In this document: positions 17,903 to 27,717 of the stretch, in pieces
Layout of the letters: each line of letters starts with the position of its first letter
How positions within the stretch are numbered: position 1 is the first letter of the stretch
Assembly: GCA_049512935.1 (NCBI GenBank)
Contig: JBEKWR010000014.1
Span: forward strand, 1-46,946
Reading direction: 5' to 3'
DNA: 46,946 bases
Source of the DNA: Candidatus Bathyarchaeia archaeon
GTDB lineage: Archaea; Thermoproteota; Bathyarchaeia; Bathyarchaeales; Bathycorpusculaceae
Made by a program: the position numbers and the translations under genes
The notes under the pieces: model-generated
Told to the model about the DNA's origin: nothing
Databases searched by the model: none
What the model saw: the letters and a program-made list of their open reading frames with translations, nothing else

Positions 17903-19015
17903 ATGAAGAATCGAGCTGAGGATAATTTGGATATAGAAAAGAAGATTGAGCTTATCTGCCGACCGCCAACGGAAGAGGTAATCACGCCAGAGGATCTGCG
18001 GGGGCTTTTGGAGGCGGAAGAGCATCCTGTTGCGTATAACGGTTGGGAGCCGTCTGGGTTGGCGCATTTGGGTACAGGTGTTATTTGCGCTTACAAAATG
18101 AAGGACTTCGCCGAGGCAGGCGTGCATTTCAAGGCGTATTTGTCTACTTGGCACGCGTGGCTGAACAACAAGTTGGGCGGCGATTTGGCTCTTATCCGCA
18201 AAGCCGCTGACCTTTTTAGGCATTCATGGCTCTCTCTTGGCGTCCCCGCTGACAAGGTTGAATTCGTCTACTCCGACGAATTGTACAGGGACATCGATTA
18301 CTGGGCTAAGACCGTCATAATTGCGAAGAACCTGACTATTGCGCGGACCACCCGAACGCTGGAAATAGCTGGCAGGAAAGAAGCCGAAGCCCATTACGTT
18401 TCAGATTACCTCTACACGCCCATGCAAGTCGCAGATATCTTCCAGTTGAAGGTGAAAATTTGCCAACTTGGGATGGATCAGCGGAAAGCAAACGTCGTAG
18501 CAAGAGAAATCGGCGAGAAAATCGGCTGTTGGAAACCCGTCTGCGTACACCACCACCTGCTGCAGGGTTTGGAGAAGCCTAATATTTGGCCGATTCCTGA
18601 GGGGCAGGAGAAGGAGGCGGTGGCTTCGGCGAAGATGTCTAAGAGCAAGCCGCAGACATGCATCTTCATCTATGACACGCCTGAGGAGATACGGCAGAAG
18701 ATGGCGAGGGCTTTCTGTCCCGAGAAAACCGTCAAGTTCAACCCAGTGCTTGACATCTGCAAGTACATCATTTTCCGTGAGAAACCAGTATTATCCATAG
18801 AGCGCCCAGCGAAGTTCGGCGGAAACGTCGATTTCCAGAGTTTCCAAGAGTTAGAATCAGCTTACGCGGAGGGCAAATTGCACCCGATGGACCTGAAAAA
18901 CGGCGTTGCATCCGAGCTTGCAGACATTTTGGAGCCTGTCCGACGCTACTTCGCAAACAACAAGGAAGCCAAGGACTGCTTGGAAACCGTGCGGCAAGCC
19001 AAAATAACAAGGTAA
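17903..19015 (+). CDS. tyrS: Tyrosine--tRNA ligase (archaeal)
   Basis: YNGWEPSGLAHLG, YTPMQVADI, GMDQRKA, KMSKS, LHPMDLKN. Confidence 0.95.
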   Translation: MKNRAEDNLDIEKKIELICRPPTEEVITPEDLRGLLEAEEHPVAYNGWEPSGLAHLGTGVICAYKMKDFAEAGVHFKAYLSTWHAWLNNKLGGDLALIRKAADLFRHSWLSLGVPADKVEFVYSDELYRDIDYWAKTVIIAKNLTIARTTRTLEIAGRKEAEAHYVSDYLYTPMQVADIFQLKVKICQLGMDQRKANVVAREIGEKIGCWKPVCVHHHLLQGLEKPNIWPIPEGQEKEAVASAKMSKSKPQTCIFIYDTPEEIRQKMARAFCPEKTVKFNPVLDICKYIIFREKPVLSIERPAKFGGNVDFQSFQELESAYAEGKLHPMDLKNGVASELADILEPVRRYFANNKEAKDCLETVRQAKITR

Positions 19016-19020
19016 ACGCG

Positions 19021-19431
19021 TTGTCGACAAGGCTTAGAGAAAAACAGGAAAAAATTGAACAACTCATAAACAGATTGGCGGAAGAGGCGGCGAAGGGTAA
19101 GCCGATAGTTGTGGAAGGCAAAAAAGACGCTCAAGCCCTTCAAGAGTTAGGCGTTAACGGCGCAGTCTTGACGGTGAAAACTGGCGGCAAATCCTTCTTG
19201 GAAGCAACCGTTGAAATAGAAAACCTGGGCGTCGGCGCTGTTATTCTTCTGCTTGATTTTGACAGACGAGGCAAGCAAGGTACGGCGCGGCTGAAGCATG
19301 ATTTGGAGCGCGGGAAAATAAAAGCTGATACGCAGTTTTGGCGGGAGCTGCAGGCTTTGGTCGGTCGAGAAATCCAATGCATCGAAGGCTTGCCAGCTTT
19401 TTTAAGTACCCTTCGCCAAAAAGCAGGTTAG
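19021..19431 (+). CDS. Stand-alone TOPRIM-domain protein (RNase M5-like)
   Basis: IVVEGKKD and LLLDFDRRG TOPRIM motifs. Confidence 0.9.
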   Translation: MSTRLREKQEKIEQLINRLAEEAAKGKPIVVEGKKDAQALQELGVNGAVLTVKTGGKSFLEATVEIENLGVGAVILLLDFDRRGKQGTARLKHDLERGKIKADTQFWRELQALVGREIQCIEGLPAFLSTLRQKAG

Positions 19432-19504
19432 GCTCTCTGCATCGCAGTTTGTGGCAGAACCCTTTTTATAAACCGCGAATATCCCTGTTTATGGCGAAAG
19501 TCTT

Positions 19505-20083
19505 ATGCCTAAAAACGATATTTTGGAAGCAATAAAATCGAGACGGGCAATCCGCAGCTACGAAGACAAACCCGTTCCCGAATCAGCAATCAAAACGATG
19601 CTGGAAGCGGCAACTTACGCGCCTTCAGCCATCAACATTCAACCTTGGAAATTCACGATAATAACAAGCAAAGCGGAAATGAAGCGTCTATCCGACATGG
19701 CGAAGCCTGCGCTTCTTCGAACGATTCCTGACGTCGGCAACGAGGCTTTGTCCAGCTTAAGAAAACGGCTAGCAGACCCGTTGTACAACATTTTCTATGA
19801 CGCGCCTTTGCTCATTTTTGTCTGCGGCTTGAAAGGTCGCTATGACATTTACGACTGTTCCATGGCAGCGCAAAACATGATGCTTGCCGCCTACTCGCTT
19901 GGCATCGGCAGCTGCTGGATAGGCACTGCAGCCGCTTTGGCAAAGGACCCGGAAGTCAAGGCTGAACTCGGCGTCCCCGAAGACCATGAGGTTCACGCCG
20001 CAATCATCTTCGGCTACCCAAAGAACGGGTTCCCCCAAGCTCCACCTAAGCATCCAGCTCAGGTTCTTAAACGCATCAGTTAA
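19505..20083 (+). CDS. Nitroreductase family protein
   Basis: SRRAIRSY, APSAINIQPWKF, AAQNMMLAAYSLGIGSCW. Confidence 0.93.
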   Translation: MPKNDILEAIKSRRAIRSYEDKPVPESAIKTMLEAATYAPSAINIQPWKFTIITSKAEMKRLSDMAKPALLRTIPDVGNEALSSLRKRLADPLYNIFYDAPLLIFVCGLKGRYDIYDCSMAAQNMMLAAYSLGIGSCWIGTAAALAKDPEVKAELGVPEDHEVHAAIIFGYPKNGFPQAPPKHPAQVLKRIS

Positions 20084-20093
20084 GGCGGTCTTC

Positions 20094-20834
20094 ATGGAAG
20101 TCAAAGGCAAAGTCGCAGTTGTCACAGGCGCGTCGGGCGGCATCGGGTTAGCCACCGCGAAACTACTATCCAGCAAAGGAGCCAAGCTGGCACTTGTCGC
20201 CCGTTCGAAAGAAAAACTTGAGAAGCTTGCAAAGGAACTGCCTGAAGCCGTTGCGGTTCCCGCGGACATGACAAAAATAGCTGACGTTAAAAGCATGATT
20301 AGCAAGGTCGTCGAGCATTTTGGAAGAATTGACGTTTTGGTCAACAATGCTGGGCAAGGATACGACACGCCAGTTGAAAAAACGGACATTGAAGTTTTCC
20401 ACTACATTTTTGATTTAGACGTTGTCGGCCCCTTGGCAGCCATGAAAGAAGCCATCCCAATCATGCGTAAGCAGGGCGGCGGATCAATAGTCAACGTTAG
20501 CTCGGGAACAGCCTTGATGATTCTCCCAAATAACGGACCGTACTCGGGGCTGAAGAAGGCGTTGGCTCACATAAGCCTAACAGCCAGGGCAGAGCTTGCC
20601 GAAGACAAGATTGTTGTAAGCGTTGTTTACCCATTTATCACTCTGACCGACTTCGAAAAGAACACGATTAAAGAAGCATCCTTGCAGACCGAGGAAGAAT
20701 CACCTGGAGCAAAGGAAGCCTTCAGCAGGGCTGACACGCCAGAATACACGGCACAGCGAATAGTTGCGGCCATTGAAAGCGGGGACGCAGAAGTCTTCGC
20801 GCACGACTGGATGAAGCCAGCTCCGAAATCATAA
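20094..20834 (+). CDS. SDR family oxidoreductase
   Basis: TGASGGIG, NNAG, YSGLK (YxxxK); ATG at 20094. Confidence 0.93.
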   Translation: MEVKGKVAVVTGASGGIGLATAKLLSSKGAKLALVARSKEKLEKLAKELPEAVAVPADMTKIADVKSMISKVVEHFGRIDVLVNNAGQGYDTPVEKTDIEVFHYIFDLDVVGPLAAMKEAIPIMRKQGGGSIVNVSSGTALMILPNNGPYSGLKKALAHISLTARAELAEDKIVVSVVYPFITLTDFEKNTIKEASLQTEEESPGAKEAFSRADTPEYTAQRIVAAIESGDAEVFAHDWMKPAPKS

Positions 20835-20835
20835 A

Positions 20836-21252
20836 CTAAACCAAGAATCTTCTTCTCACATGGGGCAGCGACAGGTAGACGATCACGATTATGCTGTAAC
20901 CTATTTCAGTTGGCGCAGCAAACGTTGGAATCCCAGGGATGCTGGGCAAACCCAAAACCGTCAACGAATCTACCAATATTACAAACAGCAAAACCGCGCA
21001 GGTGCCGATCCACCCTGCCTTTTTCCCTTGCCAAATGTATGCGGTGAAAACCAGAATTAGGCTGCCGAAGGCTACTGTGTAAACGTCGTAGGCTAGGCTT
21101 CCTTGGCGGTTCAGTATTTCAGCGGCAAGAAGAGTTAACCCGACGAGGAGATGGATGACTCCGATTAGCAGTTGCGCAACTGTTAAGGTAATGATGCCTA
21201 AGCTTCTGCCTTTGTAAGTGATTGGCGCACGTTTGCCGCTCATGCAGGTCAC
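20836..21252 (-). CDS. Hypothetical membrane protein (about 4 TM)
   Basis: Four hydrophobic segments. Confidence 0.7.
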   Translation of the reverse strand: MTCMSGKRAPITYKGRSLGIITLTVAQLLIGVIHLLVGLTLLAAEILNRQGSLAYDVYTVAFGSLILVFTAYIWQGKKAGWIGTCAVLLFVILVDSLTVLGLPSIPGIPTFAAPTEIGYSIIVIVYLSLPHVRRRFLV

Positions 21253-21371
21253 CGTTCAGTTAATAGACGTAATACCGCCATAGAAGTCTTATAACCTTCG
21301 TTGCTGAAGGGTAAACCTGTTCGTTGCTTGGTACGCGTTTAAGCGGTCACAAGTACTAGAATAGGAAATGC

Positions 21372-21707
21372 TCAGCCGCCCATTATCTTGCCCAATGTCG
21401 AAATCAGCACAGCGATGCGTTCCCTTGTCCTGCCATAATCCGCCATTGCGGTGATGGTGGTCACGGGCGTCTCTGCCGTGACGGTCATTCTCGTGGTTTT
21501 TTCATCTATTGCTGCCAAGTCAATCTCCATGTAGGAGCCGTAAGACAGGAAGGCGCCTTTAGTCTTGATTTTGGCGTGGTGCTTAGCCTGGTCCACATCC
21601 TCTATTTTCCATTCAAGTTTTGCGAGCGCCTTCGGGATTGCTTCCCAGATAACGTCAAGCGGGTAGGAGACTTCAAAGGTTTCTTTTCCTTCGCGTGTGT
21701 AAGCCAT
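21372..21707 (-). CDS. Hypothetical protein, possible START/helix-grip-like fold
   Basis: Strand-helix-strands-C-terminal helix pattern; fold is inferred only. Confidence 0.7.
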   Translation of the reverse strand: MAYTREGKETFEVSYPLDVIWEAIPKALAKLEWKIEDVDQAKHHAKIKTKGAFLSYGSYMEIDLAAIDEKTTRMTVTAETPVTTITAMADYGRTRERIAVLISTLGKIMGG

Positions 21708-21769
21708 TCATGTTCGCCCGTTCGCCTATTGTAGTTGTCTGCTTTTATTAAAGCCGCATGGTTCCGATT

Positions 21770-22546
21770 TTAAACTGCCACCTGTCTTTTATGCTTCAAC
21801 CTGCTGATTCCTATCGAAACCGCCAACGCAACCAGTATGACGGCGACGGCAACCTCAACGGTTGTAACAATTTCTTGATTCCCGCTGTGATTTGCCGCGA
21901 TGCCAACCAAAGCCCAAACAATCACCAGACCATAAGCTACGTCTCGGCGAGCAACTACAATTATCAATGTGACTGCCAAAGCAGCAAGCAACATCGCCTC
22001 CGCCCACACGTTAGGGCTTAAGCCGTTCCAATGCCCGTACACCAGCGCCGCAGCAACGTCGGCGATTGTCGCCACGGTTATCCAACCGAAATATACGCTG
22101 AAAGGCAAATGGATAAACAGCTTCTCTCTCCATGAAACCTTCGAGAACCCGATGCCTAAGCGCAAGTAAATTGCAATCAGAGTGGCTAGGAGCGCGAGTA
22201 TTGCACTGACTGACAGGGAAATGAAATTGTACTGCCAAAGAAAAATCCAGGCACAGTTAAAGAGGCTGCTTAAAATGAATAGCCCGCTGATTTGTTTTTG
22301 GAACGCCTTGTCTTTTTGGGTTGGCAACGCTTGGTAAATTATGAAAATGAAGAGCAGAGCGTAAATTATGCCCCAAATTGCGAAGACATAGCCTGCGGGC
22401 GTGACGAGGTTTGAGTACAAGTTTGAAACCTGCGCGGTTGTTCTTCCGTTAAGAAACCCCACGCCTGCTAAACCGTTGATTATAAGCGTTATGACGAATG
22501 CGACGATGTTTCCAAACCGAATTAAATTGGTTATTGATTGAGTCAA
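21770..22546 (-). CDS. Tryptophan-rich sensory (TspO-related) membrane protein
   Basis: TPAGYVFAIWGIIY, NCAWIFLW, PFSVYFGWITVA, VWALVGIA. Confidence 0.8.
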   Translation of the reverse strand: MTQSITNLIRFGNIVAFVITLIINGLAGVGFLNGRTTAQVSNLYSNLVTPAGYVFAIWGIIYALLFIFIIYQALPTQKDKAFQKQISGLFILSSLFNCAWIFLWQYNFISLSVSAILALLATLIAIYLRLGIGFSKVSWREKLFIHLPFSVYFGWITVATIADVAAALVYGHWNGLSPNVWAEAMLLAALAVTLIIVVARRDVAYGLVIVWALVGIAANHSGNQEIVTTVEVAVAVILVALAVSIGISRLKHKRQVAV

Positions 22547-22787
22547 AAGGCGACACCCAGTAAGGAATACTTACCAGAACAAATAAACATTAACTTTCTT
22601 ATGCGAAATTGCAAGCCCATACTTTTGCAGGGCTCGTCGGCAAGCTGCCTGAAAAGCTAAGCATAAAAAACTGCGTAGAGGAGAAAACCCAGAATTAACG
22701 ACGTAAGCCAAAGCGGGAGGACAGCCAGCATTAGCTTCTTGCTCAAAGAGCCGCAGCACTGCATTCAAGTCCGAAAAAAGGGTTTTG

Positions 22788-24071
22788 TCAGGTATATTTC
22801 CCGATTAGCTCCATCAGTTTCGGCATCAATTCGTATCCGTGGTCCAACGTTCCCAAGCTTCCTTTTGCGCAGTTCCTTTCAGAAAACTTGAAGGTTTTGC
22901 CGTCGCCCAGCGTTTTGCCTGAAATCAAAATGGGAACTGGGGTGTCGCTGTGCACTTTTAGCGCGCAAGGTGTTGAGTGGTCAGCCGTTATGCAGATTAG
23001 GTTGTCTTTCAGGGAAATCTGCTGTAGCAGCGGGCCGAAGAAGTACTTGTCGATGGCTGAGATAATCTGCGTTTTCAGCACGCAGTTGCCGTCGTGCCCC
23101 GGCTCGTCGGGACCTTTAAGGTGAATGTAGAAGCAGTCATGCTTAGGCAGCACCTCCAGCAATGTTTTGACCCTTATTTCGCAGTCCTTCTGAAGGTTGC
23201 CTGAAGGCGGCGGCAAAAGCGTTGCGTCCATGCCCGCCAACTGCGCGATGCCCCGTTCAGTGTGCATGTCAGCCAAAGCCGCGAAGTCAACGTGGTACCG
23301 CTCGTTTATGTTGAAGAACTTGGGAAGAGCGTCGCCTGCGTCTCGGGTTAAAACGACGTTTGCTTTAAGTTTTCCTTCAGCTGCGCGTTTCACATTTATC
23401 GGGTGATTCTCCCAAAGCTCATGTGTTTTCTCGATGAACTCGTTAACCAGCCCCGCGGAAACTTTGGCTGCCTCGGTGTCTTCGATGGGTTCACAGGTTT
23501 TCAGCTCCATGTCCACCATAGCCTTAGCCGTGCCGATGCCGTTAACTATTATGTAGGCGGGGTCGCTGTTGGTGATTTTGCCTGAAAGAGGCTTAGCTTT
23601 GCTTTTTATCAGCAGAACAGCCCTGTGCCCCAACGTGTTTTTGAACTCGAAAGTCGCAGGGTAAGATTCCAGCTTAACCTGTTCGTTGGCGTCTTTGCTG
23701 AGCTGAGCGGCTTCTTCTGTGCTTAGGCTTCGTGCGACTCGGCGGTCAATTATGGTTTTTCCTTGGCCTAAGGTTGCGAAGTTGCATCTTAAGGCCAAAT
23801 CGCCATCCTTCATTTTTAAGCCTGCGCCCGTGACGTCGATGACGCCTCTGCCAGTGCTGTACTTGAACGGGTCGTACCCCAAAAGCGAGATTACAGCGAC
23901 GTCGCTTTCAGGCGCAACTCCCTTCCCCACCGTGTACATCAAACCCGTTGTGCCGCCTGCTGCAAGTGCATCCATGTTTTTTGTCTCAGCCGCCTCAAGT
24001 GGCGTCTTGTTGCCTAACTCTTTGATCGGCAAGTCTCCCATGCCGTCTATCGCGACGTAAATCAGCTTCAA
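22788..24071 (-). CDS. apgM: 2,3-bisphosphoglycerate-independent phosphoglycerate mutase (archaeal type)
   Basis: DGMGD, KTPLEAAET, PESDVA, ALRCNFAT, KGPDEPGHDG, TADHSTP. Confidence 0.92.
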   Translation of the reverse strand: MKLIYVAIDGMGDLPIKELGNKTPLEAAETKNMDALAAGGTTGLMYTVGKGVAPESDVAVISLLGYDPFKYSTGRGVIDVTGAGLKMKDGDLALRCNFATLGQGKTIIDRRVARSLSTEEAAQLSKDANEQVKLESYPATFEFKNTLGHRAVLLIKSKAKPLSGKITNSDPAYIIVNGIGTAKAMVDMELKTCEPIEDTEAAKVSAGLVNEFIEKTHELWENHPINVKRAAEGKLKANVVLTRDAGDALPKFFNINERYHVDFAALADMHTERGIAQLAGMDATLLPPPSGNLQKDCEIRVKTLLEVLPKHDCFYIHLKGPDEPGHDGNCVLKTQIISAIDKYFFGPLLQQISLKDNLICITADHSTPCALKVHSDTPVPILISGKTLGDGKTFKFSERNCAKGSLGTLDHGYELMPKLMELIGKYT

Positions 24072-24258
24072 CCAGACTTTTCCTCCTAAACATTGCTAAC
24101 TTGATGACTGAGCTTTAATAGTTTTTTTTAATATTTAACCTATCGTTTCTCAGATGAAGCGGGCTTCAACGTGGTTTTGCAGAGAACTGAACACTTCAAG
24201 GTTTGATCTGTCCCTCAAAGGTTTCGCGTAAAGAGAAAATGCGTTCAGAAGACCGCTT

Positions 24259-25713
24259 TTAGCTTTTCAGAGTTGCCAAGAATCCTCTTGTCACATCCTT
24301 TACTGATTGAATCAACGGATGCCGCATTTTGTCAGGCGTAAGTTTCTCGAGTCGGTCTACTCTGAAGTAGATGGGCGGGTGTGGGTCTAAGCCGAGCCAT
24401 TCTTGGAAGCGGAAGGACGGCGTGCGCTCGTAGAGTAACCGTTGGAACCCGATTTTCTCCAGCGAACCAGCCAGAACCAGCGGTGTGCCCAGCATGATGG
24501 CGGACACAAGGTCGGCTCGCGCTTCGAAGAATTTGGCGATGAAGAATATTAGCACCATGATTGCCCAGAAATAGACGAAGAACAGCAGGGTTGTGAAGAT
24601 TATGGGGAAGAACGTGAAGAGCACGTAGAAGCGGAACATAAATTCAGCTGACACCAATCCGTAAAGAATCAGCGGATCCCTGCCTTTCAGGTGCCCGAAC
24701 TCGTGTCCCAGCACGCTGCGGATTTCTTCCTCGTCAAGCTGAACAAGCAGCCCCGTGGTTATCAAAACCATTCCGCGGCTTGGGCTTGGCCCGCTTGCTG
24801 CGGCGTTGGGCACCTGAGTGTTTGAAACGACGATCTGCGGCGTGGGAAAGCTGAATCGGTCGGCGATTCCCTTCACCAGCTCGTAAACGTTGATTTTTTT
24901 GGTCTTCAAATTTTCAAGTTCGCATGGAACGCCGTGTTTAAGGAAAACCTGTTTGGCTGCTTCGCAATCAACTTCGCCTTTTTCCGCGAGGACTTCGTCG
25001 TAGATCTCCTTTTTTATCGCGAAGAGTTGTGCTTGCGTGTACTTCTTTTTGAAGTCGGCTTCCTCGTTTATCGGCAAATAGAACTCTAGGAAGTGAATTG
25101 TGGGGTTGTCCTCTGTGATTTTCCAGTCTGCTGTTCTGGCGATGAACCTGTTGGAGTAAAAAACGAAGATGAATTGGATGCCGATGAGGATTAAGGGTGC
25201 AAGCCAGAACCATGCGGGGTAGAATACTATGACGGCGATGAAGATTGCCATTCCGAAAACGATGAAAACCACGAAGAACAGCACTTGGGTTTCTAAGAAG
25301 AGGCGGTTGAAGGATTTTTCAGGTTTCTGGTATGCTTCTGGAACTACCTGTTCGCCTTGTCTCCATGCGAAGTAAACGGTTGCTTTTCGGCAGTTTTCCC
25401 TGAATATCTGCGTGGATATTATGACGTCTTGTTTTGCTTCTTCAATGGTTTCTGGTGTAACCGCTGTGTCGATGGGTGTGAGTTTGATTTGGATGGGTTC
25501 GCCGCTTTTGATTTCGACTCTTAAGAGCTGTTTTCCCTGTGGGTCTATGACTGTGTATTTGAGGCTGTCGCCTTGGTTTGAGGTTTCGCGTGTGATGTCG
25601 GTGAATCGTTGTTTCTGCGGGACTAAGTATTGGCTGTACATGTAGTCGAAGAGTTTAGGCATGTAGCTGAGCGGTACTTCCGCGTTGATGCTGTAAGAAA
25701 CTGTTTGGCTCAT
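24259..25713 (-). CDS. M48 (HtpX-like) membrane zinc protease with long N-terminal extension
   Basis: PNAAASG, ITTGLL, LGHEFGH, EARAD, HPPIYFR. Confidence 0.9.
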   Translation of the reverse strand: MSQTVSYSINAEVPLSYMPKLFDYMYSQYLVPQKQRFTDITRETSNQGDSLKYTVIDPQGKQLLRVEIKSGEPIQIKLTPIDTAVTPETIEEAKQDVIISTQIFRENCRKATVYFAWRQGEQVVPEAYQKPEKSFNRLFLETQVLFFVVFIVFGMAIFIAVIVFYPAWFWLAPLILIGIQFIFVFYSNRFIARTADWKITEDNPTIHFLEFYLPINEEADFKKKYTQAQLFAIKKEIYDEVLAEKGEVDCEAAKQVFLKHGVPCELENLKTKKINVYELVKGIADRFSFPTPQIVVSNTQVPNAAASGPSPSRGMVLITTGLLVQLDEEEIRSVLGHEFGHLKGRDPLILYGLVSAEFMFRFYVLFTFFPIIFTTLLFFVYFWAIMVLIFFIAKFFEARADLVSAIMLGTPLVLAGSLEKIGFQRLLYERTPSFRFQEWLGLDPHPPIYFRVDRLEKLTPDKMRHPLIQSVKDVTRGFLATLKS

Positions 25714-25806
25714 GTTGACGTTTCAAAACCTAAACGGCGTTCATACGTTAAGAGCTTTATCCTTTTTTATAACTTTATTGATGCACAAAACTTGGGGTAT
25801 TTTTTT

Positions 25807-26005
25807 GTTGCGACTTTTGCCCTGGTGAAAGTTGCGACTTTCGCGGGTGACAGGTTGCGTTCCATGTTGTTTTTTGGGTTTTGGCTTAGATTCTGATTGA
25901 ACGTTGCGACTTTGGGATGGGCGGGTTGCGACTTTCAATGTTGACTCCATGTTGACGGTATTGTCGGTTATGGGCGCGTGAATCTTTATTTTAGGTTGCA
26001 ACTTT
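25807..26005. repeat. Dispersed intergenic repeat, copy B, with iterated GTTGCGACTTT
   Basis: Exact motif at 25807, 25831, 25903 and 25925; variants at 25854 and 25995; 25853-25978 homologous to 1-126. Confidence 0.85.
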
Positions 26006-26055
26006 GCCTATTTGTCTTCCTTGTTGTTTGCCCGTCTGTGGGAGCCGTTTCGGGT

Positions 26056-26535
26056 TTAAACATCAACGGTTCTTGTTTTTCCATCTTTGTCTATGACGTA
26101 CAGTTGGAACTCGTATTCTCTGCAGAAGTTCTTAAAGTCCCGGTAGTTCGCCTTGTCACCTGCAAAATCCTTCTCATTCACAATCTGGCAAATACGTTTC
26201 AGGCAACCCTTATGCGCCACAACGTCAGGCACGACGCCGGCGACCTCCGAGGGCTTATCCCAGCCTTCAGCGTTCGCCTTCACCAGCCAATTGTCCTTCT
26301 TGAGGTCTTCCGCAATTGTTCTCACGCATTCATCATGAACCTTTGACCCTTCAGGTTTTTTCTCCGCCGCCTCTGCAGGCTCATGAAAATTCTTTATCAA
26401 CATGTTGATTTCTTCTGCCGATTTAGCCCTGAGCTTGTTTTCGCCCTTGACGGCTACGAAATACCCGTCTTTATCTGTGGTGATTTTGAACCCGTCGGTA
26501 TAATCCGTGTTTGGGCAAGATTCTTTTTGATTCAT
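26056..26535 (-). CDS. Hypothetical protein with degenerate PD-(D/E)xK-like domain
   Basis: HDECVRTIAEDLKKDNWLV...VPDVVAHKG...ICQIVN pattern. Confidence 0.65.
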   Translation of the reverse strand: MNQKESCPNTDYTDGFKITTDKDGYFVAVKGENKLRAKSAEEINMLIKNFHEPAEAAEKKPEGSKVHDECVRTIAEDLKKDNWLVKANAEGWDKPSEVAGVVPDVVAHKGCLKRICQIVNEKDFAGDKANYRDFKNFCREYEFQLYVIDKDGKTRTVDV

Positions 26536-26772
26536 GCTTCATCACTCGCTGCTAAAACCTTAAGTAGTTATTGGCAAGCGGTTTTTATAAATGCTTTTGG
26601 GAAACTCAGGCATGTAAATTGCTCAAAGTCTCCAACGAAGGAATATCTTACTTGCTTTAGCCTTTATTCTTTTCACAGTCGGATTTAGCGGTATGTCATT
26701 CATCTTCATAATAAAAACGGTTAAGCAACAAGTATAAAAGTAGAAAATTACACTCTTACACTTGGATACCAA

Positions 26773-27057
26773 ATGACCGTGACAATAAAAATTGACGATG
26801 CCAAAAAACAAAAACTCGACCGCTTCTTAGCCCAGATTCTGCTTCGCGAAGGCAAAAAAGTAACGCTGCAGGAGGCGGTAGGGCTAATGATTGACCATGC
26901 CTTGGAAAACGAGGATGAGTTTGTACAAAGCCTAAAAGTGTTGCCTCCGCTTGAGGAAGACCCTGCTTGGAAAATGTTGGAAAAACCAAAGCATTGGGGC
27001 GTTAAGGATGCGTCAGAGCGCATTGACGAATTTCTGTATGGAAGCGAAGCAAAGTGA
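26773..27057 (+). CDS. Putative antitoxin (ribbon-helix-helix-like, VapB)
   Basis: MTVTIKIDD strand plus helices; C-terminal DASERIDEFLYG; GTGA overlap with the PIN gene. Confidence 0.82.
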   Translation: MTVTIKIDDAKKQKLDRFLAQILLREGKKVTLQEAVGLMIDHALENEDEFVQSLKVLPPLEEDPAWKMLEKPKHWGVKDASERIDEFLYGSEAK

Positions 27058-27461
27058 CTGTGTTTATTGACGCCGGTATATTTGTAGCCTTGAGAAACGC
27101 TGAAGACAACTATCACTATAGAAGCAAGGGGCTCATAAGAGATGGTTTAAACGGAAAACTTGGTCGGATGTATACCTCAGACTATATTGTAGACGAGGCT
27201 GTAACAGCTGCCTTAGCGCGAACTAGAAGACATGATGTTGCAGTTGACGTAGGCGCGTACGTGTTGGAGTCCCCCCGATTCATCAAACTGGCAGTTGACC
27301 AAGAGATCTTTAATTTAGCTTGGAAGAAATTCAAAATCTTGGAAGATAAAAGTCTAAGCTTTACGGATTGCACTTCCTTAATGCTCGCAGAGAAGCATGG
27401 GATAAAACAAATAATGAGCTTTGACTGCGGATTCGATGGTCTAATTCAGAGGATCTGCTAA
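27054..27461 (+). CDS. vapC: VapC-type PIN-domain toxin
   Basis: VFIDAG, IVDEA, LSFTDCTS, SFDCGFD. Confidence 0.92.
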   Translation: MTVFIDAGIFVALRNAEDNYHYRSKGLIRDGLNGKLGRMYTSDYIVDEAVTAALARTRRHDVAVDVGAYVLESPRFIKLAVDQEIFNLAWKKFKILEDKSLSFTDCTSLMLAEKHGIKQIMSFDCGFDGLIQRIC

Positions 27462-27717
27462 CTTGACGCGCACATAATCGACAGAAGTTTTTAGGGATAA
27501 CTGCTGAGGGAATTTGTAGGAGGGTGAAAATAGAAAGGTAGTTGCCTGCGAAGTTAGATTCTCAGTAGGACGTTCTTAGTGTATTTGCGGATGACCTCTG
27601 CGAACTCGCCGACTGTTTCCTACGGTAAAGTTTGAACGTGTGATATTTTTCGTTAAGTGAATGCCGTGAAACACCGCGGTGCGATATCGACTGATTTCAG
27701 AGCGCAAAAAGAGAAAA

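Noticed and set aside
17708-18223. 171-aa antisense ORF and similar shadow ORFs (e.g. 5487-6098, 19769-20389, 12433-12939)
   Set aside because: They lie opposite well-supported genes and have no protein motifs.
19986-20093. Long overlapping N-terminus of the SDR gene
   Set aside because: It overlaps the nitroreductase; the Rossmann fold starts right after ATG 20094.
25741-26001. 86-aa ORF as a real gene
   Set aside because: It coincides with the dispersed repeat, has low-complexity composition, and the homologous frame in copy A contains a stop.
25807-26005. CRISPR array
   Set aside because: The repeat is only 11 bp with mostly 11-13 bp gaps and irregular spacing; no cas genes in the window.
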